From Paraspadella gotoi (taxonomy: Eukaryota; Animalia; Chaetognatha), in contig CM119270.1 of assembly GCA_051294375.1 (NCBI GenBank), positions 12,275,676 through 12,339,675 of the forward strand: a stretch of DNA of 64,000 bases, written 5' to 3'. Below are positions 62,400 through 64,000 of this stretch, piece by piece. Under the pieces are notes generated by a model. It was not told where the DNA came from and did no database searches. It saw nothing but the letters and a program-made list of their open reading frames with translations. Position 1 is the first letter of the stretch. The number at the start of each line of letters is the position of its first letter. The position numbers were made by a program, and so were the translations under genes.

Positions 62400-64000
62400 T
62401 GAAGTAGGAATTATTAATCTTTGACATTGTCGTCTTCTCTTTGACTTCCGGTTTGTTAGTTTAAACTTGGTCGGTCATCGCACGAGGAGACAATCGACCC
62501 ATTTTCGTCTGAAATGAGAGAAGAAAGGCATTATTTTTAGCTTTACATCTACGATAAGAAGATATAACATGCCTCTTCCTTTTAATGGTGCGAAAAAATA
62601 TGTTTTCTTTTGAAGCCAAAAGTAAACATACAATTCTGAAAGGTGTTCAGGGAAGTGAGAGTCATTTTGAAAATTATATTTTCAAACTAACAAAGTTGAA
62701 AATAAATGAAATTTTCTAGAATTTTAAAAAAAAGTCTTCTTAAATTATTTTATCTCATATTTTTGTCAGGAGCCCCCTATTTTTGTTTTTGAGCCAACGT
62801 ATTTGTATTACTGCAGTTTCTTACAAAAAGTATATGAGCGGAAACATTACAGAGTTTGTAAAAATTTTCCGGCATTAATTTGCGCATTGATCTAGTAAAC
62901 CACTCAAAGAATTGTATAAAACAGAAACACCAAAGAAGTCGCTTTCTAAACAGTGTTCTTGAAGAATTTTATCCATATTTAGATTCACAAAAATTGAAGG
63001 AATAAAATAAAATTAGCTTTTTTTTCAATACACGTTCAATGTTTTGTGAAAAATTGCTTGTTTTGGCGAATTCATGCAATCATATGCTTTCATGCATTTG
63101 GTTACAGAAATCGGAGCCTCTAGGAAACAATTATGTGAAGTATATTTATATATATTTTTTTTTATTGAGAAATCATTTTTAATAAGCGCCAGTAATAATA
63201 AAAAAACCTTTAAAATTGTGTATTTTCTTATTAACTAGGAAAGTGAAAATTAAGTGAACACTGTAATACAAGTTTTGAGGAATGTTCCAACATTCGCTGT
63301 ACCGTGGCGGTACCAAACTCAAGCCCCATCCTAAATGAGTCCACGGAGGATGAAATGTGTTATATACAACATCAAAGAGCGGAGGGATTTTCTTTAAAGA
63401 AAAAGTTGCAAGTGCAAATAAAGTGAATTGTTCGACATCTTGATTCCTTCATTTGCATTCATTTCTAATTAAAAAAATATTAAAAAATACGAGATATATA
63501 CTAATATAATTAATATAACTATAGTTTCATTTACTCTTATGGGATATATGTGTTTAATTAATAATTTAAGGTTGATATTTATCAACCTATCAAAAATTGC
63601 TACAACCAATTAATGTTACCCAAAGATATCGTACAATTCGCTATTATTCCGGAGTGAACAATTTCTGTTTTCTTTTCTGTTTGCTTTTTGTGCGGCGCCA
63701 AAGAATAAAAATTAGGATCGGCTGAACCATCGATTAAGGGTCTCGGGAAAAAAATATGAATACGTTTTCCAATACATTACCATCCGGGAATTCTTATTCT
63801 CCGGCTGCGCCGAAGAAACGTCCTCAAGGCTGGGGCGAGAGCCGTTTACTGGGGCTGGGCCTTAGGGCCGCAGCGAACCCCGTCAAATCGAAATTGGCCC
63901 CGGCCCGCCGCGGCCGAGGGCGAGGGGGAGGGGAGGAAGGGGTGCTCTTCCTCGGGGAGGGAGCGCTCTTCCGGGGGGAGGGACCAGGGCCCAATTCACG

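Noticed and set aside
63780-64000. GC-rich segment at the window end as rRNA or a named gene
   Set aside because: No rRNA motifs are present. It may be an exon of a gene beyond the window, but the frame cannot be determined.

Overview
This is AT-rich genomic DNA from a eukaryote, most likely an invertebrate metazoan, with short spliceosomal introns, many (AG/CT)n microsatellites and four N-gaps. The accurate middle section (~15-43 kb) holds four recognisable genes. (1) A 23-exon KDM4/JMJD2 histone demethylase (JmjN, JmjC, PHD-ePHD, double Tudor), expanded to ~2,350 aa by a 3,355-nt low-complexity exon. (2) A 12-exon gene for an uncharacterised protein of ~531 aa with four tandem repeats of a ~110-aa domain, an N-myristoylation motif and one GC-AG intron. 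(3) An atypical pentraxin exon lacking the family disulfide. (4) An SPSB/gustavus SPRY-SOCS box gene. Both flanks are dominated by large duplications: ~7-kb inverted arms at 1-14.8 kb, and tandem copies at 43-57 kb and 57-59.6 kb. Their indel noise and adjacent 25-N gaps point to long-read gap-filling artefacts. The most unusual feature is a 234-bp element present twice (2 mismatches). It has fixed ends, 4-bp target-site duplications and no terminal inverted repeats or poly-A tail, and it carries an antisense tRNA-Gly(CCC)-like cloverleaf plus a multi-hairpin domain. Other small elements include a DINE/HINE-like element, a hammerhead-like motif behind a decayed GIY-YIG-like remnant, an intronic repeat family and a presence/absence insertion between duplicated copies. 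All gene models were built by eye and are unvalidated.
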